Under the pieces are notes generated by a model that had not been told where the DNA came from, ran no database searches, and was given only the letters and a program-made list of their open reading frames with translations. Below, one piece after another: positions 35,585-45,713 of a stretch of 64,000 nucleotides of DNA. Every line of letters starts with the position of its first letter. The stretch's first letter is position 1. The DNA is taken from the NCBI GenBank assembly GCA_009694475.1, contig SHUX01000001.1, positions 1,098 through 65,097 on the forward strand, in the 5' to 3' direction. The stretch comes from Thermoleophilia bacterium. Lineage in GTDB: Bacteria > Actinomycetota > Thermoleophilia > Gaiellales > F1-60-MAGs149. The position numbers and the translations under genes were made by a program.

Positions 35585-36703
35585 CTAGCCGATTTCCAGC
35601 GTCATCTCGGGAGCAGTCAGCGTTCCCGGATCCATAGGCGCCGTGTCGGTCACTGTGGGCACGGGCTCGACCGGTTCGGTGAAGACCTCGAAGGTATCGA
35701 CAGGTGCGGTCTCGATCACGCCAGTGTCGGTGACGACGCCGGGCAGCGGCAGCGCGTCGCCCGTCACCGTCAAGATCAGCGAATCGGCCGCGGGCAACGT
35801 GAAGGTTGGAATCTTCGCAGTCGTCCCGGAGTCTGACGTCGAATCGTCGTTGAGCAGGTCGCCGCCGTTGATGGCAGCGACGGCGAGCACGATCGCCAAG
35901 AGCGCAATACCACCAACGATGGCGGCAATTCCGGCGTCTGAGATACCACGGCGCGGCGTCATCGGTAGTGGTGGGGATGGCACCGGAGCGGGCATCAGGT
36001 CGATCGGCAACTCCACACCGGCCAGCACGCGTAGACGCTCCGCGACCAGTGCGGCGGGCGGTGGTGGGCGGCGTGCCTGATCGGAGAGGAGCGCGAGTAT
36101 TAGACCATTCAGCGCGGGTGTGATGTCCGCTGTGAGGCTGGCCGGCGATGCTGGCGGCTGCGTCGCCTCACGCCCCGTGACCAATAGATAGAGAATCGCC
36201 CCCAGCGCACGCATGTCATCGGCTGCCGTCGGGGCAGGTACGCCAGTCGCGATCGCCGCGGCCATCGCCAGGCAGGCGCCCATCACAACGGGTCGTCCAG
36301 ATGCATCGAGCACGACCGCGTCGGGCACGAGCCCGCCGTGCACCAGCCCGGCCGCGTGAAGCGCCGCGAGCGCATCGGCGACATCCGCGGCGACTAGCAC
36401 CGCGCTTGCCTGCGGCAGCATCACAGCACCACTCAACAGTGGACCGTCGGCCTGCGCCTCGACCTGGACGATCGTGTCGTCGTCAAGACGCAGCACGTCG
36501 AGCACCGGCGCGAGGCTGGCCTGACGGGCGGCTTTGTGTGCCTCGAGTAGCCGTTCGACCGCAGCAGTCTGGGCTCCACCCGCGATACGGGCAATGGCCA
36601 CACGATGGTCGGCGACCTGGTCTACTGCGAGCTCACGCGCCACGCCACCGAGGGCTGGCAACGGGGCGACAGGGCGGTAGCGTCCAGCGATGGGTTCAGT
36701 CAT
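35585..36703 (-). CDS. Membrane-anchored Ser/Thr-kinase-like pseudokinase
   Basis: The order of kinase-fold landmarks is retained but the catalytic motifs are replaced: VAIK becomes VAIARI, HRDxKxxN becomes HGGLVPDA, and DFG becomes MGA. The conserved helix DMRALGAILYLLVTG is kept. A Pro-rich linker, one TM helix (GIAAIVGGIALLAIVLAVAAI) and a Thr/Asp/Pro-rich tail follow. Confidence 0.7.
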   Translation of the reverse strand: MTEPIAGRYRPVAPLPALGGVARELAVDQVADHRVAIARIAGGAQTAAVERLLEAHKAARQASLAPVLDVLRLDDDTIVQVEAQADGPLLSGAVMLPQASAVLVAADVADALAALHAAGLVHGGLVPDAVVLDASGRPVVMGACLAMAAAIATGVPAPTAADDMRALGAILYLLVTGREATQPPASPASLTADITPALNGLILALLSDQARRPPPPAALVAERLRVLAGVELPIDLMPAPVPSPPLPMTPRRGISDAGIAAIVGGIALLAIVLAVAAINGGDLLNDDSTSDSGTTAKIPTFTLPAADSLILTVTGDALPLPGVVTDTGVIETAPVDTFEVFTEPVEPVPTVTDTAPMDPGTLTAPEMTLEIG

Positions 36704-36789
36704 GGTCGAGTTCCAGGCGGACGGTTAGGCGCGAGCATCATCGCTGTATACCATGACCGACGAGCCAGACTCGTAACGTTCACCGAAAC

Positions 36790-37983
36790 ATGACCACTGA
36801 CCTCCCCCACAAACGCATTCCGATCGACGAGGCACGGGCGCGCGTAATCGCCGCTGTGCGACTGCTCGACACGGAAGCCGTGGCGCTTGCAGAACTCGCC
36901 GGGCGAACAGTTGGGGTAGCGGTCGTGGCACCTCACAGCCTCCCCACGCACGCCAACTCGGCAATGGATGGCTATGCCGTGCGGGCGGGATCGGTCGGCC
37001 CGTGGCCAATCTCCGCACAGATTCTTGCTGGCGATAATCCCGCACCCCTCGTGTCGGGTAGTGCCGCGGCGATCGCCACGGGTGGGGTGCTGCCCGACGG
37101 AGCCGATGCGGTGGTGCCAATCGAACGCGTCGACGTTGTCGCCGACCTCGTCACCGCCACCGAGCCCATCGCGAGCGGCGACTTTGTGCGACACGTTGGT
37201 GCCGACGTCCAGGCTGGTGACATCGTCCTCCAACCCGGCACGCGTCTGACCCCGCTCGCGACCTCAGCGGTTGCTGGTCTCGGACTGACCAGCGTTGCCT
37301 GCATTCGTCGACCCCGCGTTGTTGTGCTGACGACAGGCGACGAGCTCGTCCCACCGGGAACACTGCTCCAGCGCGGCCAGATCCACGAGTCGAACTCTGT
37401 ACTGGTCGGCGCCACGCTCGCCGCGGCTGGCTGCGAGATCGTCCGCATTGACAACGTGGCCGACACGGCCGAAGCGACCCGTGCCGCGTTTACTGCCGCC
37501 CTCACGGATGCCGATCTCGTCGTCTCGACGGGCGGCGTCTCGGTCGGACCGCGCGATCACGTCAAGCCCGCGTTGCTCGAACTTGGCGTCAGCGAACTGT
37601 TCTGGCGAATCGCCACGCAACCGGGACAGCCCGTCTGGTGTGGCTCGGCCCCCGACGGGACGCTCGTCGCCGGTCTCCCTGGCAATCCGCTCTCGTGCCT
37701 CGTCGGGCTGCATCTTCTACTCATCCCAGCCGTCCGAGCCATGCTCGGCGATACCCCCGAGCCCGTCACGGTACGTGCCGAATTGGTCTCGCCAATCGCC
37801 CAACTACCGGGTCGCCTACGCGCCATCCCGATGCTCCTCGAGGCTGATCGCCTCGAACCTCTCGGCGCCGGCGCCTCGCACCAACTGTCACGGGCGGCCC
37901 GCGCCAACGCGCTCGCACTGATTCCAACGGGCGCGGGTGAACTCCCTGCCGGCACGATCGTCGACGCCGTCCCGTTGACGTAA
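36790..37983 (+). CDS. moeA: Molybdopterin molybdenumtransferase
   Basis: 397 aa showing the MoeA pattern ([37 protein letters not shown]). Confidence 0.9.
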   Translation: MTTDLPHKRIPIDEARARVIAAVRLLDTEAVALAELAGRTVGVAVVAPHSLPTHANSAMDGYAVRAGSVGPWPISAQILAGDNPAPLVSGSAAAIATGGVLPDGADAVVPIERVDVVADLVTATEPIASGDFVRHVGADVQAGDIVLQPGTRLTPLATSAVAGLGLTSVACIRRPRVVVLTTGDELVPPGTLLQRGQIHESNSVLVGATLAAAGCEIVRIDNVADTAEATRAAFTAALTDADLVVSTGGVSVGPRDHVKPALLELGVSELFWRIATQPGQPVWCGSAPDGTLVAGLPGNPLSCLVGLHLLLIPAVRAMLGDTPEPVTVRAELVSPIAQLPGRLRAIPMLLEADRLEPLGAGASHQLSRAARANALALIPTGAGELPAGTIVDAVPLT

Positions 37984-38066
37984 CGTCGTGCCACGTAGGG
38001 GATCCGCCCGACGCCGGCGCGCATCGCGCTACGGTGCCAACGCAGATCCGAATCGAAGAGGCGACC

Positions 38067-39467
38067 ATGACGGAATATCGAGTCGAGACAGACAGCATGG
38101 GCGAAGTCAACGTGCCCACCGACCGCTATTGGGGCGCTCAGACCGAGCGTTCGATTGACAACTTTCAGATCGGCATCGGTACGTACCACTGGGATCGTCC
38201 GATCATTCGCGCGCTCGGTGTGCTGAAGAAGTCGGCTGCGCGCGCCAACAAAGACCTTGATCAACTGCCCCCCGACATCGCCGACATGGTGATCGCAGCT
38301 GCCGACGAGGTGATCTCTGGCCAGCTTGACGATCACTTCCCGCTCGTCGTCTGGCAGACCGGGTCGGGCACGCAGTCGAACATGAACGTCAACGAGGTCA
38401 TCTCGAACCGCGCGATCGAGGTTGCCGGAGGCGTGATGGGCTCGAAGACCCCGGTGCATCCGAACGACCACGTCAACCGTGGCCAATCCTCGAACGACAC
38501 CTTTCCGACCGCCATGCACATCGCCGCGGTTGAGGTCCTCGACCAGGTGCTGATCCCGAGTGTCACGCTCTTGCGCGACACGCTCGACGCGAAAGCCAAG
38601 GAGTATGCGGCCGTCGTCAAGATTGGCCGCACGCACCTGCAAGACGCGACGCCGGTCACCCTCGGCCAAGAGATCTCGGCTTGGGTCTCACAGATCGACG
38701 ATGCTCTCGCCACCATTCGCCGCGCGATCGATGGCCTGCTCGAATTGGCGATCGGCGGCACCGCCGTCGGCACAGGGCTCAACGCGCATGCTGAGTTCGG
38801 CGACCTCGCCGCGAAGTACATGGGCGAGGAGACGGGCTACGCCTTTTACTCGGCCGAGAACAAGTTCAAGGCACTGTCGTCGCACGACGCGATGGTCAAC
38901 GCGTCGGCGGCCGAGCGCACACTCGCAGGCGCGCTGATGAAGATGGCGAACGACGTACGCCGCCTCGCCTCCGGCCCTCGCGCTGGCATTGGCGAGATCG
39001 CGATTCCGGAGAACGAGCCGGGCTCGTCGATCATGCCAGGCAAGGTCAACCCGACGCAGTGTGAGGCACTGACGATGGTCTGCGTACAGGTCTTCGGCAA
39101 CGATGCCGCCGTCGCCTTTGCCGGTACGCAGGGCGACTACCAGCTCAACGTCTACAAGCCGGTAATGGTCTGGAACGTGATCGAGTCGGCCGAGCTAATC
39201 GCAGCAGCCTGCCGATCGTTTAACGACCGCTGCGCCGTCGGTATCGAGCCGAACCGGGAGACGCTGGAGCGCAACCTGAACGCATCACTGATGCTCGTGA
39301 CTGCACTCAACACGCACATTGGCTACGAGAACGCCGCCAAGATCGCTAAGAAGGCGCATCACGATGGCACGACACTGATCGAGGCCGCCACTGCCCTCGA
39401 GCTGGTCACGCCCGAGCAGTACGCCGAGTGGGTTGTCCCGGTCGACATGACGCACCCGCTCGCCTAG
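38067..39467 (+). CDS. fumC: Class II fumarate hydratase
   Basis: The ATG at 38067 gives [17 protein letters not shown], and the signature [15 protein letters not shown] is present. Confidence 0.95.
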   Translation: MTEYRVETDSMGEVNVPTDRYWGAQTERSIDNFQIGIGTYHWDRPIIRALGVLKKSAARANKDLDQLPPDIADMVIAAADEVISGQLDDHFPLVVWQTGSGTQSNMNVNEVISNRAIEVAGGVMGSKTPVHPNDHVNRGQSSNDTFPTAMHIAAVEVLDQVLIPSVTLLRDTLDAKAKEYAAVVKIGRTHLQDATPVTLGQEISAWVSQIDDALATIRRAIDGLLELAIGGTAVGTGLNAHAEFGDLAAKYMGEETGYAFYSAENKFKALSSHDAMVNASAAERTLAGALMKMANDVRRLASGPRAGIGEIAIPENEPGSSIMPGKVNPTQCEALTMVCVQVFGNDAAVAFAGTQGDYQLNVYKPVMVWNVIESAELIAAACRSFNDRCAVGIEPNRETLERNLNASLMLVTALNTHIGYENAAKIAKKAHHDGTTLIEAATALELVTPEQYAEWVVPVDMTHPLA

Positions 39468-39471
39468 GAAG

Positions 39472-39524
39472 GGTGGTTCGGATGTCCAAAAGGGGCCTGA
39501 CCCCATTAGGACATCCAGCCCACC
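39472..39524. terminator. Extended imperfect hairpin between the convergent fumC and M28-like genes
   Basis: Three nested pairings: GGTGG/CCACC, GGATGTCC/GGACATCC (8 bp) and GGGG/CCCC. It fills nearly the whole 59-bp convergent gap. There is no clear U-tract. Confidence 0.45.
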
Positions 39525-39526
39525 GC

Positions 39527-41182
39527 CTAGGCCTCTGAGGCGAGCGCACCGACGACCGCCGCACCGACCAGCACCGAGCCGCCAACCACGAGCGCGGCGG
39601 GCAACGAGCCGGTGCCGGCCGCGCCGACCAGCGTCGCAAGATCGGCTCCACGTAGCAAGAAGATCAGGAGGCCAATAGTCGCCACAGGTCCGAGGCTCCA
39701 CACAGCGCGTGGCACAAACGCGACAGGTCGGGCGATCAGCGCCCAAACCCAGAGCGCAGGTACGGCAATCAAGACCGAGGCCGGGCTGCCGGCGAGCAAC
39801 AAGACGGCCGCACCGAGACCAATCACCGGAGCCGCAACCAGCGGCAGCGGCGCGCGGAAGCGGTAGCGCAAGAGGTACACAGCAAGAGCGACTGTGATGA
39901 CACCCGCGGCAATCACCAGTAGCACCGCCACGAGACCGGCCCGTGGCCAGCCTGAGCCCGGCGGCGTGTCGATCGCGCCCGCGAGATCCGTGGCTCGCGC
40001 AATCAGGACCGTCGCAATGCCCGGCACGGTGCCAATCGCCGCGACGATCAAGGCAGCACTCCAGCCAGCACGTGACGGGCGCCCCCTCAGCAACACCCGT
40101 CCGGCCGCGAACAGTGGGCCGACCAAGAGCGCAATCGCGAGCAGAGCAATCGCTCGGCCAGGAATGACACGGCCCGAGACGGCGACATAGACGCCGCTTG
40201 GCGGCGACGGGCGCGGCTCGGCGTCAAGACGGACAAGCAGTGTGCCGACCGCGGCACCGACCGCGCCGAGGCGACCCTCATCGATCGCGGCAACACCGAC
40301 ACCACCATCGCCATCACCAAGCTGAATGGCAGCGATACCAGCATCAAGAAACGGCACTTGCGCGCCCGCTGGCGTGACCGGCGCAATCAGATCAAGCACC
40401 TGGGCGATCGGACTCGCCGGGCTGGCCTCGCCGGCCGCCGGTTGGCTTGCAATCGACTCTTCGAGACCCCGTAGGAGGGTCTCTGGCGTCCGCACACCAC
40501 CCAAGCCAGCAAACCGAATCGGCAGCACATCGGTCCCCGACCCAATCGCAGCAAGGGACACCACCGCGACTGGACGCAGCCCAGCGGCATACAACTGATT
40601 GAGCAGGTGCTGATTGCCCGCCTGCCCGACAGTGCCACCATCGGTCGACGCCAGCACCAACGTCCGTGCGCGCTCCACCCCCGACAGATCGCGCGCCAAC
40701 TCGACGATCGCCGCCGTACCCGTCGCGTTGTCGTTGAGCCCTGGGCCGGGCGTCACGTCGTCACGGTTCGCAAGGACGACAACCGCCTCGTCAGAGACAC
40801 CCGACTCAACGACCCAGAGATTCTCCATCGTCACGTCCACCCCCCGTGCTCCTGGCGCGCGAAACGACGACCGCTGGACGGTTTCACCACTCGCCTCGGC
40901 GAGCGAGCCTGCGACCTTGTCCGCAGCCTGCTTGGCCGTCAGGGTTCCTGGCGCACGATCTGGTGCCAATTCGGCCAACTCGCGTGCATAGGCAGCAGCG
41001 TGGATACCGTCAAAACTCGGTGCCACAGTAAGCGTCGCGGATGGTCCAGCAGGCGTGCGAACACTGACCAACAGGATCATAAAAGCAAGCAGCGGCGGGA
41101 CGATAAAGGCAATGCGAAGCGCTCGTCCGGCGCCTCCGCGCGGGACCCAAACCGGTTGCACACTGCCATGCTGGTTAACCAC
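39527..41182 (-). CDS. M28-peptidase-like domain protein with polytopic membrane C-terminus
   Basis: 551 aa. The order is an N-terminal TM helix, an M28-like core (VVVLANRDDV..GLNDNATGTAAIVELAR), then about 8 predicted TM helices. The metal-ligand positions look degenerate: N replaces H in the HxD motif, and DGG replaces EE. Confidence 0.55.
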   Translation of the reverse strand: MVNQHGSVQPVWVPRGGAGRALRIAFIVPPLLAFMILLVSVRTPAGPSATLTVAPSFDGIHAAAYARELAELAPDRAPGTLTAKQAADKVAGSLAEASGETVQRSSFRAPGARGVDVTMENLWVVESGVSDEAVVVLANRDDVTPGPGLNDNATGTAAIVELARDLSGVERARTLVLASTDGGTVGQAGNQHLLNQLYAAGLRPVAVVSLAAIGSGTDVLPIRFAGLGGVRTPETLLRGLEESIASQPAAGEASPASPIAQVLDLIAPVTPAGAQVPFLDAGIAAIQLGDGDGGVGVAAIDEGRLGAVGAAVGTLLVRLDAEPRPSPPSGVYVAVSGRVIPGRAIALLAIALLVGPLFAAGRVLLRGRPSRAGWSAALIVAAIGTVPGIATVLIARATDLAGAIDTPPGSGWPRAGLVAVLLVIAAGVITVALAVYLLRYRFRAPLPLVAAPVIGLGAAVLLLAGSPASVLIAVPALWVWALIARPVAFVPRAVWSLGPVATIGLLIFLLRGADLATLVGAAGTGSLPAALVVGGSVLVGAAVVGALASEA

Positions 41183-41208
41183 AGGCCTGCTGACGGTAGC
41201 ATTGGCCT

Positions 41209-41916
41209 GTGCAGAATCCGCCTGTGGTCTTGATCATCGATGACGAGGAGTCTCTGCAGGAGTTGCTGACGCACGCGCTCGAACGCGACGGGTACACCGT
41301 TGTCGTGGCTGGTACGGCCACGACTGGACTCGCAGCCTTCGCACGCTATTCGCCCGATGCGATCCTGCTCGACGTCATGCTCCCCGACGGATCGGGACAC
41401 GACGTCTGCAAGGAAATCCGTACGGCCTCGACCGTCCCGATCATCATGCTGACCGCGCTCGATGATGAGGTCGACAAGGTAGTTGGGCTCGAACTCGGCG
41501 CCGACGACTACATCACGAAACCGTTTGGGATGCGTGAGTTGCGGTCGCGCGTGCGCGCCGTCCTGCGCCGTGCCGCAATGACGATGCCAAGCGGCGAGGA
41601 AGAGCCCGTGATCGAGGAGCGCATCGAACTGGCCGGTGTCGTGCTGGATCGTGCGCGCCACATCGTGACCGTCGATGGCGTGATCACCGATCTGACCTAC
41701 GTCGAATTCGAGATTCTCGCGACCCTGATGACGAGCCCCGGCCGGGTCTACAGCCGCGGCCAGCTACTCGATGCCGTCTGGGGCTCCTCCGACTTCCGTG
41801 AGCCCCGTACCGTCGATGTCCACGTGCGTCATCTGCGCGAGAAGATCGAGGCCGATCCGGCGACACCGACGCGGATCCACACCGTCCGCGGTGTCGGCTA
41901 CCGCTTCGAGGGATAG
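41209..41916 (+). CDS. OmpR-family response regulator
   Basis: The receiver domain (LIIDDEES...LDVMLPDGSG...MLTA) is followed by a winged-helix C-terminus (TVRGVGYRF). Confidence 0.9.
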   Translation: MQNPPVVLIIDDEESLQELLTHALERDGYTVVVAGTATTGLAAFARYSPDAILLDVMLPDGSGHDVCKEIRTASTVPIIMLTALDDEVDKVVGLELGADDYITKPFGMRELRSRVRAVLRRAAMTMPSGEEEPVIEERIELAGVVLDRARHIVTVDGVITDLTYVEFEILATLMTSPGRVYSRGQLLDAVWGSSDFREPRTVDVHVRHLREKIEADPATPTRIHTVRGVGYRFEG

Positions 41917-41925
41917 CGGCCGGCG

Positions 41926-43341
41926 ATGGACTGGCTCGTCGATCGCGTTTTTCCGTTTCGCCGCCTGACCGTCTGGCTTGGCCTGCTCGTGCTCGTGGTC
42001 AGTGCGCTCGCGTTGGCCTTCTCATACCTGCTCGTGATTGCCTCGCTCGACGACAGTCTCGTCAGTAACCGCGTCAACACCACCGCCCGCGCCGCAGAGA
42101 CCTCGGCACCGACCTTCGCCACGAACTTCGCCAACGCCTTGAGTGGTAACGCTGGCAGTGCGGACACGAATGCCGTAACGGCTTCCTACGGCACGTTGAC
42201 GAATACGGATGCCTCTGTTTATCAGGTCATCACCCCAGATTATCTGGTGCCGGTGACGACACTCGCGCCCCCCGATCCGAGCCCAATCGCGGTCGCAGCG
42301 GCCACCAGCACTAACGTCCAGAGCGGCGTCGGCACTGCCTCGGGCCGGCGCGTCGCGGAGGCCGCCTACAGCATGCGGATCGACGGAACCCAGTACGTCG
42401 TCGTGCTGCAGTCGAGTCTGGAGGATATCGATTCGACCGTCACCTTGACCAGCCGTCGGAGCCTGCTCGGCGCACTGATTGCCCTGCCGCTCGTCGTGGT
42501 GATTGGTGCCTTGGCGGCTGCGCTCCTGACGCGACGTGTCCGCCGCCTTGAGCGCGCCTCGAGCCGCATCGCCGGTGGCAACCTCAGCGAGCCGATCCTC
42601 GATCGTGGCAAGGATGAGATCGGCAAACTAGCGGTCGCACTCGACCAGATGCGCAACGAGTTGGCGAGCACCGACGCCGCACGTCGCACCTTCGTCGCCA
42701 ATGCCTCCCACGAGTTGCGCACGCCCGTCTTCGCGCTCTCCGGCTTCTTGGAGTTACTGATCGATGAAGAGGACGAGGCGATGCGCCGGCAGTTCCTCGC
42801 CACGATGCAAGATCAGGTCGAGCGCCTGACACGTCTCGCGACGGACCTGCTCGACCTCTCCCGACTGGATGCCGGCAAGGTCTTCGTCGAACGCGAACCC
42901 GTCGAACTCGCCAACGCAGCAGAGCGGATTGCCCGCGACCTGACCCCCATCGCCAATCGACACGGCGCGACGATCGTCGTCGAGACAACACCGGTGATGG
43001 CGCTCGGCGACGAGACGCGGATCGGCCAGATCACGCGCGTCCTGATCGATAACGCAGTGCGGCATACCCCCGAGGGCGTCACAATCTGGGTACGGACCGA
43101 ACAGCGTGGCGACGCCACGGCCGTGATCGTCGAGGACTCTGGACCGAAGATCCCCCCTGCCGAGGCAGCGACAATCTTCTCGCGCTTCGCGCGTGGCGCA
43201 GGTGCCGGTGAGGGCTCTGGCCTCGGCCTCGCGATCGCCTCGGAACTGGCCGAGCGGATGGGCGGCCGACTCGTGCTCGATCAGACGGGCGACCACAAAC
43301 TCTTTCGACTCGAACTGCCAACCGATCGACCGGCCTCCTAA
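41926..43341 (+). CDS. Sensor histidine kinase
   Basis: Two TM helices flank a roughly 150-aa extracytoplasmic region. HAMP, the H-box ASHELRTP and HATPase motifs (DNAVRHT, GSGLGLAI) follow. Confidence 0.9.
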   Translation: MDWLVDRVFPFRRLTVWLGLLVLVVSALALAFSYLLVIASLDDSLVSNRVNTTARAAETSAPTFATNFANALSGNAGSADTNAVTASYGTLTNTDASVYQVITPDYLVPVTTLAPPDPSPIAVAAATSTNVQSGVGTASGRRVAEAAYSMRIDGTQYVVVLQSSLEDIDSTVTLTSRRSLLGALIALPLVVVIGALAAALLTRRVRRLERASSRIAGGNLSEPILDRGKDEIGKLAVALDQMRNELASTDAARRTFVANASHELRTPVFALSGFLELLIDEEDEAMRRQFLATMQDQVERLTRLATDLLDLSRLDAGKVFVEREPVELANAAERIARDLTPIANRHGATIVVETTPVMALGDETRIGQITRVLIDNAVRHTPEGVTIWVRTEQRGDATAVIVEDSGPKIPPAEAATIFSRFARGAGAGEGSGLGLAIASELAERMGGRLVLDQTGDHKLFRLELPTDRPAS

Positions 43342-43373
43342 TCGTTCCCACGCTTTCCGACTATCCTCATGCG

Positions 43374-44849
43374 GTGGCTGATCCCGAGCAACACCGCCTG
43401 ACGATTGTTTCAAACCGCGGTCCAATCACCTACAAGGTGATCGCTGGCGAGCGCGTGGCGGGTCGCGCCGGAGGCGGTCTCGTGTCTGCACTGCGCGGCC
43501 TGATCCGCACACATTCGGTGACGTGGATTGCCTGTGCCGTCACCGACGAGGACCGCGTCGTGGCACGCGAGCAGCATGGGAAGGCAGTCCCTGAGGAGGA
43601 CGATGCAGGCAACCCCTTCCTGCTGCACCTTGCCGAGCCTGACCCGGCCGACTTCGACCGCGCGTACCACGAGATCGCCAATCCACTGTTGTGGTTTATC
43701 CAGCACGAGCTCTATGACACGGGGCAATCGCCCGTGGTCGGCGAGGACGTGCGCGAGGCTTGGGCTGCGTACCGTCGCTACAACGCCACGATCGCCGCGG
43801 CTGCTGCAAACGAGTACGACGCTGATGCCCTGATGGTGCATGACTACCAGCTCTACCTTGTCGCGGCGATGCTGCGCGAGGCGGGCGCGACGACCCCAAT
43901 TCTGCACTTCATCCATATCCCGTGGCCTGGACCCGGCGCGTGGCACCTCTTGCCGGTCGATCTCCGAACCGAGCTGCTGCATGGGCTGCTTGGAGCCGAC
44001 ATTGTCGGGTTTCAGACGACCCACGACGTACGCGATTTCCTCGCCACCTGTGAGGAGTACCTCGACGCTGTAACTGTGGACCATGCGGCGCGCACCGTGC
44101 GCGTCATGACCGACCAAGACGCCCGCACCGTACTCGTTCGCTCGTATCCGATCTCGATCGATCCGGCCGAGTTTCGTGAGCACATCACAACACCCGAGAT
44201 GGTCGAGGCTACCGCGGAGATGACGCGGACGCGCACGAGATACATGATTCTGCGCGTCGATCGCACGGACCCCTCGAAGAACATCGTGCGCGGCTTTCAG
44301 GCCTATGATCGCCTGCTCACCCGTCGCCCCGACCTGCGCGGCGAGGTCACGCTCCTAACTCTGCTTAACCCCTCGCGCCTCTCGATCGACGCCTATGCGC
44401 TCTACTTCGAAACGATCAAGACGACGGCAGCAGACGTCAATGCACGCCACGGATACGACGGTTGGCTCCCCATCGACCTACGGATTGGCGATAACTTCCC
44501 CGACGTCATCGCTGCGTACCAGCAGTACGATGTACTTCTCGTGAACGCGATTGCCGACGGTATGAATCTGATCGCCAAGGAAGCCCCCCTACTCAACGAA
44601 ACCAATGGCGTCATTGTGCTGTCGGAGCGCGCGGGCGCCTTTGAAGAGCTCAAGCCCTTCGTGCTGGCGATCGACCCGCTCGACGTCGAGGCCACGGCTG
44701 CTGCGCTCGAGCGGGCGCTCGAGCTGTCGCAGTCCGAACGTGCTGCCCGTTCTGTCGCGATCAAGGAGTTTCTGATTACACACGACATTAATCGCTGGAT
44801 CGACCTTCAACTGGGTGACCTCGATGATCTCGTAGCGGCGCGCCGATGA
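43374..44849 (+). CDS. otsA: Trehalose-6-phosphate synthase (GT20)
   Basis: 491 aa with VSNRGP, HDYQLYL, IHIPWP, ILRVDRTDPSKN and VNAIADGMNL. Confidence 0.9.
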   Translation: MADPEQHRLTIVSNRGPITYKVIAGERVAGRAGGGLVSALRGLIRTHSVTWIACAVTDEDRVVAREQHGKAVPEEDDAGNPFLLHLAEPDPADFDRAYHEIANPLLWFIQHELYDTGQSPVVGEDVREAWAAYRRYNATIAAAAANEYDADALMVHDYQLYLVAAMLREAGATTPILHFIHIPWPGPGAWHLLPVDLRTELLHGLLGADIVGFQTTHDVRDFLATCEEYLDAVTVDHAARTVRVMTDQDARTVLVRSYPISIDPAEFREHITTPEMVEATAEMTRTRTRYMILRVDRTDPSKNIVRGFQAYDRLLTRRPDLRGEVTLLTLLNPSRLSIDAYALYFETIKTTAADVNARHGYDGWLPIDLRIGDNFPDVIAAYQQYDVLLVNAIADGMNLIAKEAPLLNETNGVIVLSERAGAFEELKPFVLAIDPLDVEATAAALERALELSQSERAARSVAIKEFLITHDINRWIDLQLGDLDDLVAARR

Positions 44850-45673
44850 GCGATCCCCTGCTGATCGTCGCTGCGCTTAATGGCACCCGCCAGCGTGACG
44901 CCTGCCCAAAGGTGCCGTTATCGCCCGAGGAGCTCGCGGCAGAGGCCAAGCGCGCGGTCGAGGCGGGGGCGGGCATCGTGCACGTGCATGCCCGCAAGAG
45001 CGATGGCTCCTCGACGTTCGACTTCGTGATCGACGATATCGTCGCTGCGATTCGCGGCGCCGTAGACGTACCAATCTCGATCTCGACTCAGCGTGCGCGC
45101 CAGACGTCGCTCGGCACCGTCACTGCGCTCTTCAGCGTCCTACGAGACCTGCCCGACCTCGCCTCCGTGCACGTGCGGCCACCCGAGACGGACCTACCGG
45201 CACACCGCGAAGAGGCCCGGCAGATCATCGAGGCCTTAGACGCGGCCGATGTTCGTCCCGCACCTGTCGCCGGCAGCCTGGACGCACTCGGCGACCTCGA
45301 GGTGCTCTACAACGATTCGCTGCTTGGCCGGGCGCCGTTTGTGCTGCTCACGCTCGGTGCAGCGATCTCGGAGTCGTCCGACCTCGCTGCCGGCACGCCC
45401 CAAAACGTCCTGCGCCTGATCGATACCGTACGCTCAGTCCTGGCCAAGCCACCGATCGTGGCGAGTGGTCGCGACGCAGCAAGCCCAATCGTGCAGGCTG
45501 TTGCCGCTGCCGCTGGCGAGCACATCCGCGTTGGCTTCGAGGACGCGGTCACGCTGCCGGACGGATCGCCGGCTACCTCGAATGCTCAACTCGTCGAGCA
45601 CGCTGTCCGACTCGGCGCAGCACTTGGGCGTGCCCCGATGCCAGCCGACGAGGCGCGTCGCCTCTTGCGCTGA
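44846..45673 (+). CDS. BKACE-family (DUF849, 3-keto-5-aminohexanoate cleavage-like) enzyme
   Basis: 275 aa. IVAALNGTR...SPEELAAEAKRAVEAGAGIVHVHAR matches the BKACE N-terminal pattern. The start overlaps the otsA stop (ATGA). Confidence 0.7.
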   Translation: MSDPLLIVAALNGTRQRDACPKVPLSPEELAAEAKRAVEAGAGIVHVHARKSDGSSTFDFVIDDIVAAIRGAVDVPISISTQRARQTSLGTVTALFSVLRDLPDLASVHVRPPETDLPAHREEARQIIEALDAADVRPAPVAGSLDALGDLEVLYNDSLLGRAPFVLLTLGAAISESSDLAAGTPQNVLRLIDTVRSVLAKPPIVASGRDAASPIVQAVAAAAGEHIRVGFEDAVTLPDGSPATSNAQLVEHAVRLGAALGRAPMPADEARRLLR

Positions 45674-45713
45674 GTGAGCGGCCAGAGAGCCATGCTACTG
45701 CGATACCGTTGAG

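Noticed and set aside
36704-36789. A possible Moco riboswitch or other leader RNA in front of moeA.
   Set aside because: The gap is only 86 bp and is shared with the divergent pseudokinase gene. I cannot recognise the conserved Moco-motif helices, so the region is too short and unsupported.
39472-39524. The hairpin after fumC contains GGATGTCC/GGACATCC, which resembles the GGACATG core of the repeat family.
   Set aside because: The similarity covers only 6-7 nt. The rest of the half-site (ACAA) and the 8-nt core are absent. I kept it as a generic hairpin terminator candidate, not a family member.
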